A stretch of 64,000 bases of DNA from a virus, in the IMG/VR virus record IMGVR_UViG_3300030118_003002, positions 32,235 through 96,234 of that record; one strand, given 5' to 3'. The position numbers and the translations under genes were made by a program. Positions within the stretch are counted from its first letter, which is position 1. Every line of letters begins with the position of its first letter. Shown in pieces: positions 1 through 11,044 of the stretch. A model generated the notes under the pieces. That model saw nothing but the letters and a program-made list of their open reading frames with translations. It had not been told where the DNA came from and did not search any database.

Positions 1-1
1 T

Positions 2-2863
2 TTTAATCAAATAGACCCCGAAAATATTCCATCTTCGGATAGAGCATTACCTTTCTTTACTTATGCTTCTTATGATTGGGATTTAATAACAGGCGGTTCG
101 GGCTATTGGACAAGTAGCACAAATAACCAAGTGCAAGTCGCTGATTATTCAGGTGCAACATTAACTGCTGATGTTGATTTAACACCATTAAGCCTAAAGG
201 AATTTGATATTATAGTTGACTCTAATGGGCGAATGTTAGGTAGGGTTAGTAGTGTAGGAGGGACAGGAAACAAAGTAATTACATTCAAATCGGATATTAA
301 AAAGACCAACCAAAACGCCTACTTTGTTGGTGATTTGTATAGAATAAAAGCATTAGAAGATGGCGGCTTCCCTACTGAAAATTCCGCTAGAATATTAGGT
401 CGTGGAAAGAAAACTAGTGCGTTTTTTGACAGCCCAATACATATGCTAAAGTCTATTGTAGTAAATGATGTTGATGAATATGGAAAATCAGGTTCTCCTT
501 GGCATGATTACCATAGCCATAGTTTAGACGCAGGTGCAGCAGACCATCACGAATTGAATACAATGCTTCCAATAGCGGTCTTTTTGAATAATGTAAATGA
601 AGACCAAAGCGGAAATCTCGCAGATGCAGATATTATTAGTGGAACGGCTCATACTAAACACCCATTTACTTTATTTGCGAATATGGATAACATGGATGAT
701 AATACCGCTACTGCTACTATTGATGTTGAAAGCGCACTATACAACGGTTTTCTTCCTTTATTTTTAGATGATTTTGATATTGAAAACGGAGGGGGTAAGA
801 AACAAAATCCAGCAGAAAAGGGTATGGTTGGACAACCTATTACTTCCACTACTAAGTATGAAATTGATGGAGGGCTTTCAGCAGGTGATATTGGTCTATT
901 CGGAATGAGAACATTCTTAAATTATGCTCATTTTGAAAATTCACGAAATGCCGGAAACGCTACAACAGGGCAACATAGTTCAGTAAATAAAGAAACGGCT
1001 CAAGGAGTTATGTTAAGTTTCAAACCTAGATTGTATTTTGATGAAACCGCTACGGCTGTCAATGCTGCTGGAAACACATCATTCTATCATTACATTATTG
1101 ATGTTGATGCTAATAAAACAGTAAATCATTTTGATGATTCAGATTCGGATGATTTAGTGGAGTTTTCAGGCGATTGGAAAAATTCCTATACTAAAAAATC
1201 TAGAGTTAATAGAATGAGTCTTAGACACATGAATGACTTAACAGGGTGTTATTTAGTTTCTGAAAAAGGCAAATATCTTGAAGAAGGTGCAGTTGTAACA
1301 AATAGCCTAGAAGTTGCTACTCCAATATCTTTAGATGAAGTTTCTCCTACCACAATAGCCTATGTTGTTTCTCACGAAGTTGAAACTACTAACACTAATT
1401 TAAGACATAATATAATTACCGATAAAGCCCTACCTAACGGGTTTTATAGAATAATGCAACCTAACCATACTTGTTTTTATGACTTTTCACCCAAAGAAAT
1501 AGTGCTTAATACTTTATCTTCAAAATATACAAAGAAAACGGGAGAAAATGCTTGCTATGCTGATATTAATTCTTACATAACAACAGGAGAAAAAGCCCCT
1601 AGACAAGTAGGTAATTTCAATAATACAGGAGGTAATGAAGCCGCATTATCTATGTATGTTGTTGCTGATATTGATAGGCAAAGTAGTAGTTCTAACCATG
1701 TAGTATTAAGAGAAGGAAATCATTTTGAAAGCATTTTAGAAACAAAGGCGCATGATATGTGTGTAGCAGACGGAAATACTCATTTTAGAACTTCAATAGA
1801 ATATATAGATAGCGGATTAGATATAGGGCATACTCTTAAATTTTCAGAAATGAAAGAACAATTAGGTGTAGTTTCTATTTCTGAAGTATTTGATTTGACT
1901 TTGGCTAAGGAACTAGATATAGATTTAGATAGGGCAACAATAGGAAGCACAGTTATTATCGGTAATGAATCGGAAGATTTAATAAATGATTTATTGGAAG
2001 AACAAGGAATTGTGTTCGAAAACACTACTCCAGAATATCCTATATTTGTTGCTCCTAATTATCAAGGGATTGACTTATTTTCAGCAATTAATTATCTATT
2101 AGATAAAAAAGAAAAGGTCATATTTCACGATAATGACAATTTTAAGATAAAAGCAAAAGAAGATTCATTCTTCGATACAGGAGTTTTTGTTAGCGATACT
2201 TCAGATGTTGAGTTATATGACTATGAAAAAAAGGAAGACTTATTTAATTTGAAAAATGAAATTGTAGTGTATGGTGCTAGACACAAAGCAGTTAGAAGCA
2301 ATTTCCAAAGCATAAAAGAAGATGGAAAGAAAACTTTAGAAATATATGATGACAAATTAACAACGCAAGAAGAAGTTAATACCAGAGCAGACCAAGAATT
2401 AGAATTACATACTACTTTGAATGAAAATATAACAATAGAAGTAGGACATAAACATTTATCACAGATAAGAGCAGGGGATTCGTTAGAATTAGAAATACCT
2501 AGAGAAAATATACCTAGAAATAAATACAAAGTAGTTCAAAATGAACATTTATTAACAGGAAATATGAGATTACAGTTAGGAAGATATAGTAAAATTTTAG
2601 AAGATAGATTTGCAGAATTAGCAATTGAGGCTAGAGAAATAAGAAGTTCTATTAGAGAAAAAAGATTTGATGAAAGTAGCGTAGGTTTTGTTGACAATAC
2701 TAAGGTTAAAATTAAACCTATCCGATTCATTATTAGAGAGAGAAGTAGCAGTGGTGGTGCAGTGTTAGGTTTTGGAACACATCTAAATACCAACACCCGA
2801 CCACTAGGACATGAGGATGGACAAGGCGTTACTCACACAATATTATTGGAGGAAGAGTTTTGA
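2..2863 (+). CDS. Large virion tail/baseplate-associated protein (5'-truncated)
   Basis: Frame is open from position 2 through the annotated GTG at 131; beta-rich G/T/S/D composition; lies upstream of tail-fibre-like genes. Confidence 0.55.
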   Translation, partial: FNQIDPENIPSSDRALPFFTYASYDWDLITGGSGYWTSSTNNQVQVADYSGATLTADVDLTPLSLKEFDIIVDSNGRMLGRVSSVGGTGNKVITFKSDIKKTNQNAYFVGDLYRIKALEDGGFPTENSARILGRGKKTSAFFDSPIHMLKSIVVNDVDEYGKSGSPWHDYHSHSLDAGAADHHELNTMLPIAVFLNNVNEDQSGNLADADIISGTAHTKHPFTLFANMDNMDDNTATATIDVESALYNGFLPLFLDDFDIENGGGKKQNPAEKGMVGQPITSTTKYEIDGGLSAGDIGLFGMRTFLNYAHFENSRNAGNATTGQHSSVNKETAQGVMLSFKPRLYFDETATAVNAAGNTSFYHYIIDVDANKTVNHFDDSDSDDLVEFSGDWKNSYTKKSRVNRMSLRHMNDLTGCYLVSEKGKYLEEGAVVTNSLEVATPISLDEVSPTTIAYVVSHEVETTNTNLRHNIITDKALPNGFYRIMQPNHTCFYDFSPKEIVLNTLSSKYTKKTGENACYADINSYITTGEKAPRQVGNFNNTGGNEAALSMYVVADIDRQSSSSNHVVLREGNHFESILETKAHDMCVADGNTHFRTSIEYIDSGLDIGHTLKFSEMKEQLGVVSISEVFDLTLAKELDIDLDRATIGSTVIIGNESEDLINDLLEEQGIVFENTTPEYPIFVAPNYQGIDLFSAINYLLDKKEKVIFHDNDNFKIKAKEDSFFDTGVFVSDTSDVELYDYEKKEDLFNLKNEIVVYGARHKAVRSNFQSIKEDGKKTLEIYDDKLTTQEEVNTRADQELELHTTLNENITIEVGHKHLSQIRAGDSLELEIPRENIPRNKYKVVQNEHLLTGNMRLQLGRYSKILEDRFAELAIEAREIRSSIREKRFDESSVGFVDNTKVKIKPIRFIIRERSSSGGAVLGFGTHLNTNTRPLGHEDGQGVTHTILLEEEF

Positions 2864-3213
2864 TAACAAATAAATTCAAATCATTAATGGCAGACCAATT
2901 AGTTACACTACTAAGTAATGCTAGAATAGGGCAGGGTGGTAATTCAACAAGCCCTGCCGCAACGGATTTAGATGTTGATATAGAGGCGGCTGATGGAGCA
3001 TATACTAAATCAGCAATTAAATCCGGTGAAAATACTGTTGAGTATAGTTTAAGAATAGCAGGTTCTAATACTAATTTAACAGGTAAAAGTATTAGAGAAG
3101 CAGCCTTTTTCGATTCAAATGATAATATGTTGGCTAGATTAAATTTTAATGCAATCGGGCCAATATCAAATACTAGTGATTTAGAAATATTTTTTATATT
3201 AGAGGTGGAATGA
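2860..3213 (+). CDS. Small tail-collar/baseplate-type protein
   Basis: ARIGQGG...IREAAFFDSNDNMLAR resembles phage tail-fibre attachment domains; overlaps upstream stop. Confidence 0.5.
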   Translation: MITNKFKSLMADQLVTLLSNARIGQGGNSTSPAATDLDVDIEAADGAYTKSAIKSGENTVEYSLRIAGSNTNLTGKSIREAAFFDSNDNMLARLNFNAIGPISNTSDLEIFFILEVE

Positions 3214-3214
3214 A

Positions 3215-5689
3215 ATGGCAATAGAAAACCCGCACCATTATAGCACTACATCAGGAGTAACTACAACAACGCAAATATCTGACGATATTGATTATCCGCA
3301 TTCTGGATTAATCAAAGCATTAAGTCAAGGTATTAGAGGAAACTATGCTATTAAGGGAAGTGCTACTGATTTTGATATTACATTAACTTCTAGCACTTAT
3401 ACACAAATAGCAGTAACAACAGGTAAAGCATATAGGGATGGTAAATTAGTTACAATAACACAATTAAGTGCTACTAATTTAACAGGTGTCCATGCAACAG
3501 AAGATGTTTACCAATTGTTAGTTGCTCAAGCAAATAATACAATGACATTAAGAGGTTCTAATTCAGTTACTAACAGAATACCAGATTTAACAGATGGCGA
3601 TATTCCTATTGCAGTGATTAAATTAGTTGCAGGTTCGGCTCAAGGTTCTAATGCTACTACTGATAGATTAGTGCAATTTTTAACTACAAGTAAAGTTAGT
3701 AATGATTTAAGCATTGGCTATGATAATTCGGGATATACTGAAATGTCTAAAATAAGTGCTGCTTCTGGCGGAACAACCGTTGAAGTCCCTACTGCTGGTG
3801 GAGATTTTATTATTGATAATACAGATGCGGATAAAAAAATTGTAGCGAGATTAGGAAGCGATACTTCCGCTACTGCTTTTGAAGTTAGAAATAATTCTGA
3901 TGCGGCTAAATTAACCGTTGGTGGAGATGGATTAGTAGCCACTGCTGGTAACATTAAAGTCGGTGGAAATGTAATTCAAGCATCTGACGGTGGTTCAACA
4001 ATTACAATGGACACTTCTGATAATGTGACTATTGGTGGTGGATTAACCACTACAACCACTGCTACTGTTGGAACTGATTTAACAGTTACAGGTGGAGATA
4101 TTAATTTAGGTAACGGGCAAGATGGAACAATAAATGTTAATGCTCTTGGTGCAGGTAATAATGCTAGAAACTTAACAATAACAAGCGGTAATGTTACTGC
4201 TGGTTCGGGAACTGCTGATAGAACAGGTGGTGATTTAACTTTATCTTCCGGTGCTGGTTCGGGAACAGGGACTTCATCAATGATATTCAAAACTGCAATA
4301 GCAGGTTCTAGCGGAACTTCTGCTACAACGCCAGCAGAAAGAATGAGAATACATACTAATGGTAATGTTGGTATTGGAACTGCTTCTCCTTCTGCGGAAT
4401 TACATATTGAAGCGGCTTCTAATCCTACATTAAGAATACAAGAAACAGGGCAAACAGGCTATTTAGAATCCACTTCGGTAGTTGATTCACAAGCAAGAAT
4501 AAAAGCAATTAATAATACTGCATCTGAACCTGTAACATTGGATATAAGCCCTGTTACGGCTTCAACAGGAACAGAACAAAATATAAGAGTATTTAGAGAT
4601 TCAGATGCAGCAGTTGATGGTAATTTTAGAATTCTTAGAGTCGGAACTACTGATTCTGTTGTTCATGTTTATTCTGATAAAGATGGAACGGCACATACTA
4701 TGACAGTGAACGGTGCAACAACAATTGAAACTGATTTGAAATTAAGCACTTCTTCTGATAATGCAATTATCGAAAATGTAACTCAAGATAAAGATATTAT
4801 ATTTCAAGTAAATGATGGGGGTTCTGCAAATACAGAAGTAATGAGAATTGATGGTTCGACTTCAAGCGTAGGTATTGGCGAAACTTCTCCCGATGCACCA
4901 CTTCATGTTACGCACTCAGGAACTACTAATTCAATGATTATTGAGTCAACAGACGGTAGTGCTACTTCTGCACCTGACTTAGTTTTGTATAGAAATAGTT
5001 CAACCGAGGCTGATAATGATGTATTAGGCGTTATAATTTTTAGAGGTAATGATTCTAACTCCGAAGAAGATTATGCGGCAATACAAACACAAGCAGCAGA
5101 TGTTACCGATGGTTCAACGGATGCAAGAATGAAGGTTTATCTTAAAAAGGGCGGGACTAGTAGCAATCATTCTTTTGAATTAGTAGGTCAAACACTTGGA
5201 ATTAGGGAAACTAGTTCTGTTGATTCTTTACAAGCCAATGCGGGACACGGCAGAATATGGGTAAAAAATGATAATCCTAATCATTTATATTTTACAAACG
5301 ATGCCGATGATGATATTAAACTATCAGAAGAAATTATTATTATTTCATTATCAGATGAAACAACTGCTTTGTCAACAGGAACAGGAAAAGCCTCTTTCCA
5401 TATGCCTTTTGCTATGGATTTAACCGCAGTTAAAGCATCTGTAAATACTGCATCAGCAGGTCAGACAATAACTGTTGATATTAACGAAGGCGGTTCAACA
5501 ATATTAAGCACTAAATTAACAATAGATGCGGGAGAAAAAACATCTTCAACTGCTGCTACGGCTGCGGTAATTAGCGATGCGGCTTTAGCCGATAATGCAG
5601 AAATTACTTTTGATATAGACCAAGTGGGAAGTTCTGGTAATGAAGGAAAAGGGCTTAAAGTTACATTGTATGGATATAGGACTTCGTGA
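3215..5689 (+). CDS. Tail fibre / receptor-binding protein
   Basis: G/T/S-rich; repeated ERMRIHTNGNVGIGTASP and EVMRIDGSTSSVGIGETSP fibre motifs. Confidence 0.75.
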   Translation: MAIENPHHYSTTSGVTTTTQISDDIDYPHSGLIKALSQGIRGNYAIKGSATDFDITLTSSTYTQIAVTTGKAYRDGKLVTITQLSATNLTGVHATEDVYQLLVAQANNTMTLRGSNSVTNRIPDLTDGDIPIAVIKLVAGSAQGSNATTDRLVQFLTTSKVSNDLSIGYDNSGYTEMSKISAASGGTTVEVPTAGGDFIIDNTDADKKIVARLGSDTSATAFEVRNNSDAAKLTVGGDGLVATAGNIKVGGNVIQASDGGSTITMDTSDNVTIGGGLTTTTTATVGTDLTVTGGDINLGNGQDGTINVNALGAGNNARNLTITSGNVTAGSGTADRTGGDLTLSSGAGSGTGTSSMIFKTAIAGSSGTSATTPAERMRIHTNGNVGIGTASPSAELHIEAASNPTLRIQETGQTGYLESTSVVDSQARIKAINNTASEPVTLDISPVTASTGTEQNIRVFRDSDAAVDGNFRILRVGTTDSVVHVYSDKDGTAHTMTVNGATTIETDLKLSTSSDNAIIENVTQDKDIIFQVNDGGSANTEVMRIDGSTSSVGIGETSPDAPLHVTHSGTTNSMIIESTDGSATSAPDLVLYRNSSTEADNDVLGVIIFRGNDSNSEEDYAAIQTQAADVTDGSTDARMKVYLKKGGTSSNHSFELVGQTLGIRETSSVDSLQANAGHGRIWVKNDNPNHLYFTNDADDDIKLSEEIIIISLSDETTALSTGTGKASFHMPFAMDLTAVKASVNTASAGQTITVDINEGGSTILSTKLTIDAGEKTSSTAATAAVISDAALADNAEITFDIDQVGSSGNEGKGLKVTLYGYRTS

Positions 5690-5693
5690 TAAA

Positions 5694-6116
5694 ATGGGAG
5701 TAATAATAATTAATTCTTATACAGGAGGAGGTTCAGCCCCTTTAGCGGTTTCTATTGATGAAGGTTCTATACAAGAATTAGCGGTAAATCCAGCACCAGC
5801 GACAGGTAGCCAAACTTCATTTACAACGGCTCAAGGAGATTTAAGTGCTACGGCAGTTGCAACAGGAGGAAGTGGAGTTTATACTTATACTTGGTCTGTT
5901 CTAAGAAAAGTCCTTGACACTTCCGGAAGTGGTTTTTCAGTTAATTCAACAGGAACTACAAATGCTGCAACATGGAATACTTTAACAATTGATGGTGTAA
6001 GACCCGCATCAGCAGGTGTTTTTGATGCAGTATTTGAAATTCAGTGTGTAGTGAATGATGGTTCTAGTAATGCTGCCGTTGTTAGAGACTTTATAGTTGT
6101 TGGAGAAGCATTGTGA
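5694..6116 (+). CDS. Small beta-rich (Ig-like) virion protein
   Basis: ATG at 5694 follows fibre stop; ATGGSGVYTYTW motif typical of Ig-like modules. Confidence 0.5.
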   Translation: MGVIIINSYTGGGSAPLAVSIDEGSIQELAVNPAPATGSQTSFTTAQGDLSATAVATGGSGVYTYTWSVLRKVLDTSGSGFSVNSTGTTNAATWNTLTIDGVRPASAGVFDAVFEIQCVVNDGSSNAAVVRDFIVVGEAL

Positions 6117-6165
6117 ATACTCCAATTTAGAGTATTTTTTCAAGAAAAAAAATGACAAAAAAAAT

Positions 6166-6198
6166 GGGGGAAGTAGCCTATTAAAGACTACCTCCCCC
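6166..6198. terminator. Hairpin between convergent structural and replication blocks
   Basis: GGGGGAAGTAG...CTACCTCCCCC stem; A-run on the left gives a U-tract for - strand transcripts. Confidence 0.6.
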
Positions 6199-6490
6199 TT
6201 TAGTTTTGTTAGACCAAATGCCGCCACATTCTCGGCATTCCCACAATTTAATTTTATCATTAGAACCTATGTAAAATCCTAATATACGCTTCGCTAATGT
6301 AGGCGTATTACAATACTTACAAGTTTGCTTTAAACTCATTTATTGTTGTCACCTTCTTTTTCTCCTACTAATCTTCTCATATACTCTTCAACACTTTGGT
6401 CTGTAATATTATTACCACCAAAAGCAGCAAAGAACAATAATGTGATGACTACTAGGAAAATAAGTAGGCCAAACCATTCTGCTGTTGACA

Positions 6491-7093
6491 TTACCATTCC
6501 ACTCCTAATTCCACAAATTCTTCTTTTTCAATAGAAAACGCTTTAACAATACCATTATCCTGTCCATACTTCCAAAGGTCATATACTAATTGAGTATCTT
6601 TCATGCAATACTCAACGACTTCATCGTATCTTCCCATTTTCCATAATTTAGGTGCATCAGCACTTTCCATTAGTTTAGCATCATCTAAAGAACATTTTAC
6701 AAGGTTCTTTAATTGTATTCTTTCACCGTGTTCTTTGAGAATATATTTACTTGTATCAATATATTTTTCTTCATTTAGATATTTATGAATGCAATAAATA
6801 TCCATAGAGTCTCTAAGAATAGGTAAATCAAAGGCCACTATATTATGACCTAGCACACTTCCTCCTTTTTGCAAATGATTATCTAAATCATATTTTAATT
6901 CAGAAAGAGGTTTAATTACATGACCAGACTTAGCAAAAGAATCAACAGGTTCATCAACATAAACAGTGCCATTTGAACCATCCCAAGTGGCAACAGTTGA
7001 TACTTGAAACATGTGGGTATTACCAAACCCACCTATGTCATGTGACATATTCTTTGTTTCAATATCTAACGCTAATACAGACATTATAATCAC
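6491..7093 (-). CDS. DEDD/RNase H-fold 3'-5' exonuclease
   Basis: ALDIET (ExoI), GHNIVAFD (ExoII), EYCMKD (ExoIII). Confidence 0.8.
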   Translation of the reverse strand: MIIMSVLALDIETKNMSHDIGGFGNTHMFQVSTVATWDGSNGTVYVDEPVDSFAKSGHVIKPLSELKYDLDNHLQKGGSVLGHNIVAFDLPILRDSMDIYCIHKYLNEEKYIDTSKYILKEHGERIQLKNLVKCSLDDAKLMESADAPKLWKMGRYDEVVEYCMKDTQLVYDLWKYGQDNGIVKAFSIEKEEFVELGVEW

Positions 7094-7320
7094 TCAGAAC
7101 CATTAGACCACAGTTTAGAAATCTTCTTTGCTTCTGCATCTTCAACAGGTTCATTGTCGCCAATTCTTCTTTTTAGAAACGCAACAATGTTTGTCCCTGC
7201 AATACTTAGCATAGAACAGCATTCCCAGCCTTCATCTCCATATGTGTCTAAAGTCTCAATAATTACTTTTGGCCCTTTAGTTACATCAAACACTACATAT
7301 TGGTTTTCCCATTTTGTCAT
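7090..7320 (-). CDS. DUF4177-like small protein
   Basis: KWEN...LDTYGDEGWE...FLKRR pattern. Confidence 0.6.
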   Translation of the reverse strand: MTKWENQYVVFDVTKGPKVIIETLDTYGDEGWECCSMLSIAGTNIVAFLKRRIGDNEPVEDAEAKKISKLWSNGSE

Positions 7321-8855
7321 TTTTTACCCTCCTTTAATCTAATAAATACAGACCTTCCCATTTTATCTGTTTCAAAGTGATGTTCATTCTGATTCCACAA
7401 TTCATATATTCTAGCCTTTTTAAGACCTACTTTATTCATAAGAGTATCAAGGAATAGTTTTTTACTAACATAACCTTCTTCATCTTTATCCATTTCTGTG
7501 AATACTTTAATAAATTGAGGTTCTTGTGCTTTTTCAGCCATGCCCCTTCGCCTTACTCTTAGGCTTCGTTCTAACCAATCCACAAGTGTCATATAACATT
7601 GTCGCACGATGGTAGCGGCTTGACGGACATTATAGCCGGTCACTAGGAAACGGTCTTGTTCTTTAGCAATAGACCGGCTTTGCGCTACGCTACAAAGAAC
7701 AGACATTTTAATTAGAATTTTAAGCAAACGGGTAGTAAAATTAGATGCAATCTTTCTAACTTCGGGTGAAGCAGATTGAATATACAATTCCATACCTTCG
7801 TATTCTAATTCTAATACATCATTAAATTCAGGTGAAAACTTCATAACTTTAAGCCCGTTTTTATCCACAGACTCCCATCTTTCTTTTACCATACAATATA
7901 TCTTAAAGAACGCATTTGCGTGTTTTTCAATTGGCATGTCTGTATTCATAATTTTACCAGCATATGATATTTGCTTTCTTCTCATTTTATCTTGAATAAA
8001 GTGAGGAACATCCCAAATAAACAGAAGCATTCTTTGAAGAACACCTTTTTCTGTCATTACTGATTCTAATTCATGTGGTGGATAAGTCATAGCCAAAACA
8101 GAACGCTCGCAAAAACACATCATTGTATCGCCTTCTTTCAACTTTTTAGATACAACCCAATTTTCACCGTGTAATGTATTCATAAAAGTATTAAGCATTA
8201 CAATAGCATCTTGTTTATGCTGGCTTTCCTTAAACACACCAGAATATTCGAATTCATCCCAATGCGCTAAACCACTACCTTCTAATTCACCTGCAACTCT
8301 TTTTTGTCTAAACTCACCCTTAGTTTCGCTATCTTCTTCTCTATCTAACTCTTCTTTGTAATGCCCAATTAATGCAGCATCGGTATAAAGAGTGGTTGAA
8401 AAGACATTAAAATTCTTAGGTTTCTTAGGCACAAAATCACCTTCGTATTCAGCAGGTATCAATTCTGCTAAAGGGTGGCTATTAGTGTCATTAATCTGCT
8501 TAAATACTCTATTAGCAACAGGGCCAACAAAATTGTATAATGTTGATTTACCCGTTCCAGAAGTTTGAATTTGACAGAAATGAACTCTTGAATCTTCAAT
8601 ACTGAAACCATTAGGAATACTAATATAATCTTTACATATTTGCCCTAAGATTACAAAGTAGCAAATTGCCGCAGGTATTTCATTATAATGCGCTACATTA
8701 GTAGCATCTTTTTGAAACTCTTGAACAATTGCAGGTAATTGACCCGCAAAGAACTTTGTATTTTCTTCATACTGTTCCATGTATTTTTCTTCATTTTCGC
8801 CTTCATACATCAAGGCAGTTTTAACATCTTCAATTTTAATTATTTCATCATTCAT
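7317..8855 (-). CDS. AAA+ ATPase, putative MCM-like replicative helicase
   Basis: Walker A SGTGKS, Walker B HWDEFE, GVLQR arginine-finger-like motif, C-terminal wHTH-like region; replication cluster. Confidence 0.65.
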   Translation of the reverse strand: MNDEIIKIEDVKTALMYEGENEEKYMEQYEENTKFFAGQLPAIVQEFQKDATNVAHYNEIPAAICYFVILGQICKDYISIPNGFSIEDSRVHFCQIQTSGTGKSTLYNFVGPVANRVFKQINDTNSHPLAELIPAEYEGDFVPKKPKNFNVFSTTLYTDAALIGHYKEELDREEDSETKGEFRQKRVAGELEGSGLAHWDEFEYSGVFKESQHKQDAIVMLNTFMNTLHGENWVVSKKLKEGDTMMCFCERSVLAMTYPPHELESVMTEKGVLQRMLLFIWDVPHFIQDKMRRKQISYAGKIMNTDMPIEKHANAFFKIYCMVKERWESVDKNGLKVMKFSPEFNDVLELEYEGMELYIQSASPEVRKIASNFTTRLLKILIKMSVLCSVAQSRSIAKEQDRFLVTGYNVRQAATIVRQCYMTLVDWLERSLRVRRRGMAEKAQEPQFIKVFTEMDKDEEGYVSKKLFLDTLMNKVGLKKARIYELWNQNEHHFETDKMGRSVFIRLKEGKK

Positions 8856-9556
8856 ATTTTCACCTTATCTTCACTGTTTAATGTGTCTAAAATTCTTTTA
8901 GCAGTTTTTTCTCCTATACCATCCATGTGACACAATTCATGGACAGACTGCTCTCCTATTTCCATAATACAACCATACTCTTTAATTAGAGCCTTTGCTT
9001 TTTTATAGGAAACACCTTTAATGCTTGTTAAAACATCTAATCTTAAATCATCGGTAGTGATTCTTTTGAATACTTCCGGCCTAATTACATCTCTAATAAT
9101 AGGTTTCATTTTACAAATAGCGGATATAATTAATGCCGCTTCTTCTTCAGAAGAAACCCAAAAAGCCTTTACATCAGTATCTAATGTAATTCTTCCTATT
9201 GCTCCTAGAAATTTATTATTTAACATTATTGTTCTAGCAGGTTCTTGAATCTTAGATTTTGTATGCCTTTTAACATTATAAATCGCTTCATCTAAAGAAC
9301 CATAAATAATGACTATATTTGTTTTGTAGTGTCTATCCATATTATCTATCTGAGTCCATATTCTTTTATTCATTACTGAACCTAAAAAATCTGTTGATGA
9401 TTTTGCTTCAAAACAAACATCATCAAAAACATAGTCTCCAATCTCAAGCCACTTTTTTTCTGTTTTGATTCCTAAACTCCTACATTTAGTCTCAACTAAA
9501 TGCACTAATTTAGAACCTTGTCTTTCTCGACTATCTATTATCAACATAATTAACAA
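8852..9556 (-). CDS. ERCC4/XPF-family nuclease with HhH motifs
   Basis: IIDSRE, LEIGDY, EAKS..D; C-terminal IKGVS and DGIGEKTA HhH motifs. Confidence 0.85.
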   Translation of the reverse strand: MLIMLIIDSRERQGSKLVHLVETKCRSLGIKTEKKWLEIGDYVFDDVCFEAKSSTDFLGSVMNKRIWTQIDNMDRHYKTNIVIIYGSLDEAIYNVKRHTKSKIQEPARTIMLNNKFLGAIGRITLDTDVKAFWVSSEEEAALIISAICKMKPIIRDVIRPEVFKRITTDDLRLDVLTSIKGVSYKKAKALIKEYGCIMEIGEQSVHELCHMDGIGEKTAKRILDTLNSEDKVKI

Positions 9557-9719
9557 CCTTCCTTATTTCTTCCATACATTCTTTAGCGATATAATATCTT
9601 TGTTTATAAGAATTAATAGTCTGTTTTCTATAATATTTAGAAATCTCTAAATCGTAAATATCAATGTATAATTTAATTTGCTCAAATGTTTTTTGAATAT
9701 CTTCTTTCATATTACTCAC
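9531..9719 (-). CDS. Hypothetical protein
   Basis: Fills gap in tightly packed operon. Confidence 0.5.
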   Translation of the reverse strand: MSNMKEDIQKTFEQIKLYIDIYDLEISKYYRKQTINSYKQRYYIAKECMEEIRKVVNYVDNR

Positions 9720-10770
9720 CTAAATAATCTGGGTATCTCCAACATTTACCAACACAATAACCATCAGAAATTAACTTATTACAGAAAGGAGTTTTATAAT
9801 TCCCAAACACTGTAAATTTAGCATGTTTTCTTGTAGTGGCTTCATCCCAATCTAACCATATTTCGTCATTAGATTCGGCCAACTGTTTTATTTCAGCAAC
9901 AACTAAGTCCAATACTTCTTGTTTTTCCTTTAAAGAATTGATAGGTCGTCTCCCTGTTAGCAAGTCTCTATACCAAGAAACAAGATATGCTCTAGCCATA
10001 TGCGAAGGATTCTCCGTCATAATAGCACTATGTAAGCAGGGCAATATAGGCAATTTACCTGTGTATTTTGCGACACTAATTTCGCCCTCGACTGTATCAA
10101 TAGGGGGTGCTTTTGGAAAAACTACCTTCTTATTGCCGCCCATCTGAAACCGTAAAAGGCGGGGTTTGGTTGCTAACTCAAGAATATGCTCAAGATTAAA
10201 AGAAAGGTCATCAATAATTAAAGGAATGCAATAATACGGATTACCTTCTTTATCAGAAGATGACATATTAACTGTGTTAGGAACTCTTCTCAATCTTGTT
10301 GGTTGTCCTACTCTATCATCTAAAGTATTCTTTCCGCTAAAAGATTGTTTAAGCACTTCTTTCATTCCTCTAAAGAATGTTTGAATATCTCTAATACTTT
10401 CTGTTGGCTCTCCAAATAAAAATAAATGGAAACCTCTCCCCGAAAAGAAGATAGTATGCTTCCAATCATTTTGGATAACCTTTTGCATTATCATTTGTAA
10501 ATCTCTCCATGCTAATTCTAAATCATTATCATGTCCGTCAAAATCTAAAAAAATCCTATCAAGAATAACTGATGATTCTATTTTTGCTGTTTCCGAAAAG
10601 TGTTCAAAGTCGTAAACGGTTGTATAAACATTTGTCCTATTATTTTGAGCATTAATAAACTTAACATATTCATTCCTCGATGAGACTACTTTTCTTTTCA
10701 TTTGTGGGGCGTTCTTTATGTGACTCCCCGCCCAAACTTCCCTCGGATATTTCATTATTTTTACCTCCAA
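9712..10770 (-). CDS. Archaeo-eukaryotic primase, PriS catalytic domain fused to PriL-like Fe-S domain
   Basis: FLDFD, FSGRGFH, RLRRVPNT; C-terminal LPCL...PFC...GYCVGKC; true start probably MKYPREV. Confidence 0.8.
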   Translation of the reverse strand: MEVKIMKYPREVWAGSHIKNAPQMKRKVVSSRNEYVKFINAQNNRTNVYTTVYDFEHFSETAKIESSVILDRIFLDFDGHDNDLELAWRDLQMIMQKVIQNDWKHTIFFSGRGFHLFLFGEPTESIRDIQTFFRGMKEVLKQSFSGKNTLDDRVGQPTRLRRVPNTVNMSSSDKEGNPYYCIPLIIDDLSFNLEHILELATKPRLLRFQMGGNKKVVFPKAPPIDTVEGEISVAKYTGKLPILPCLHSAIMTENPSHMARAYLVSWYRDLLTGRRPINSLKEKQEVLDLVVAEIKQLAESNDEIWLDWDEATTRKHAKFTVFGNYKTPFCNKLISDGYCVGKCWRYPDYLGE

Positions 10771-11044
10771 AATTCACTGTTGCCGTATTTAGCATATTTC
10801 TAATTACTCCGGCTATTTCACCAGATAGTTTAGCATAAATCGCTTCTCTCATTACATCTTCAAATGTATGACCTACGAAGTTTTCGTTTATTCTTACTTC
10901 TCTAACCAAATCAAATCTTTCAATTAGTTTTGATTCAGAATATATTTCATTACAAAGTTTATTGATAGTATCTTTTAGATTAGATATTTCTGTAAATGTC
11001 CAATTTCTTGACAATACTTTTTCTTTTATCATATCTTCATTCAT
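10670..11044 (-). CDS. Hypothetical protein
   Basis: ATGA-coupled to neighbour; the 3' end overlaps the primase gene. Confidence 0.55.
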   Translation of the reverse strand: MNEDMIKEKVLSRNWTFTEISNLKDTINKLCNEIYSESKLIERFDLVREVRINENFVGHTFEDVMREAIYAKLSGEIAGVIRNMLNTATVNFGGKNNEISEGSLGGESHKERPTNEKKSSLIEE

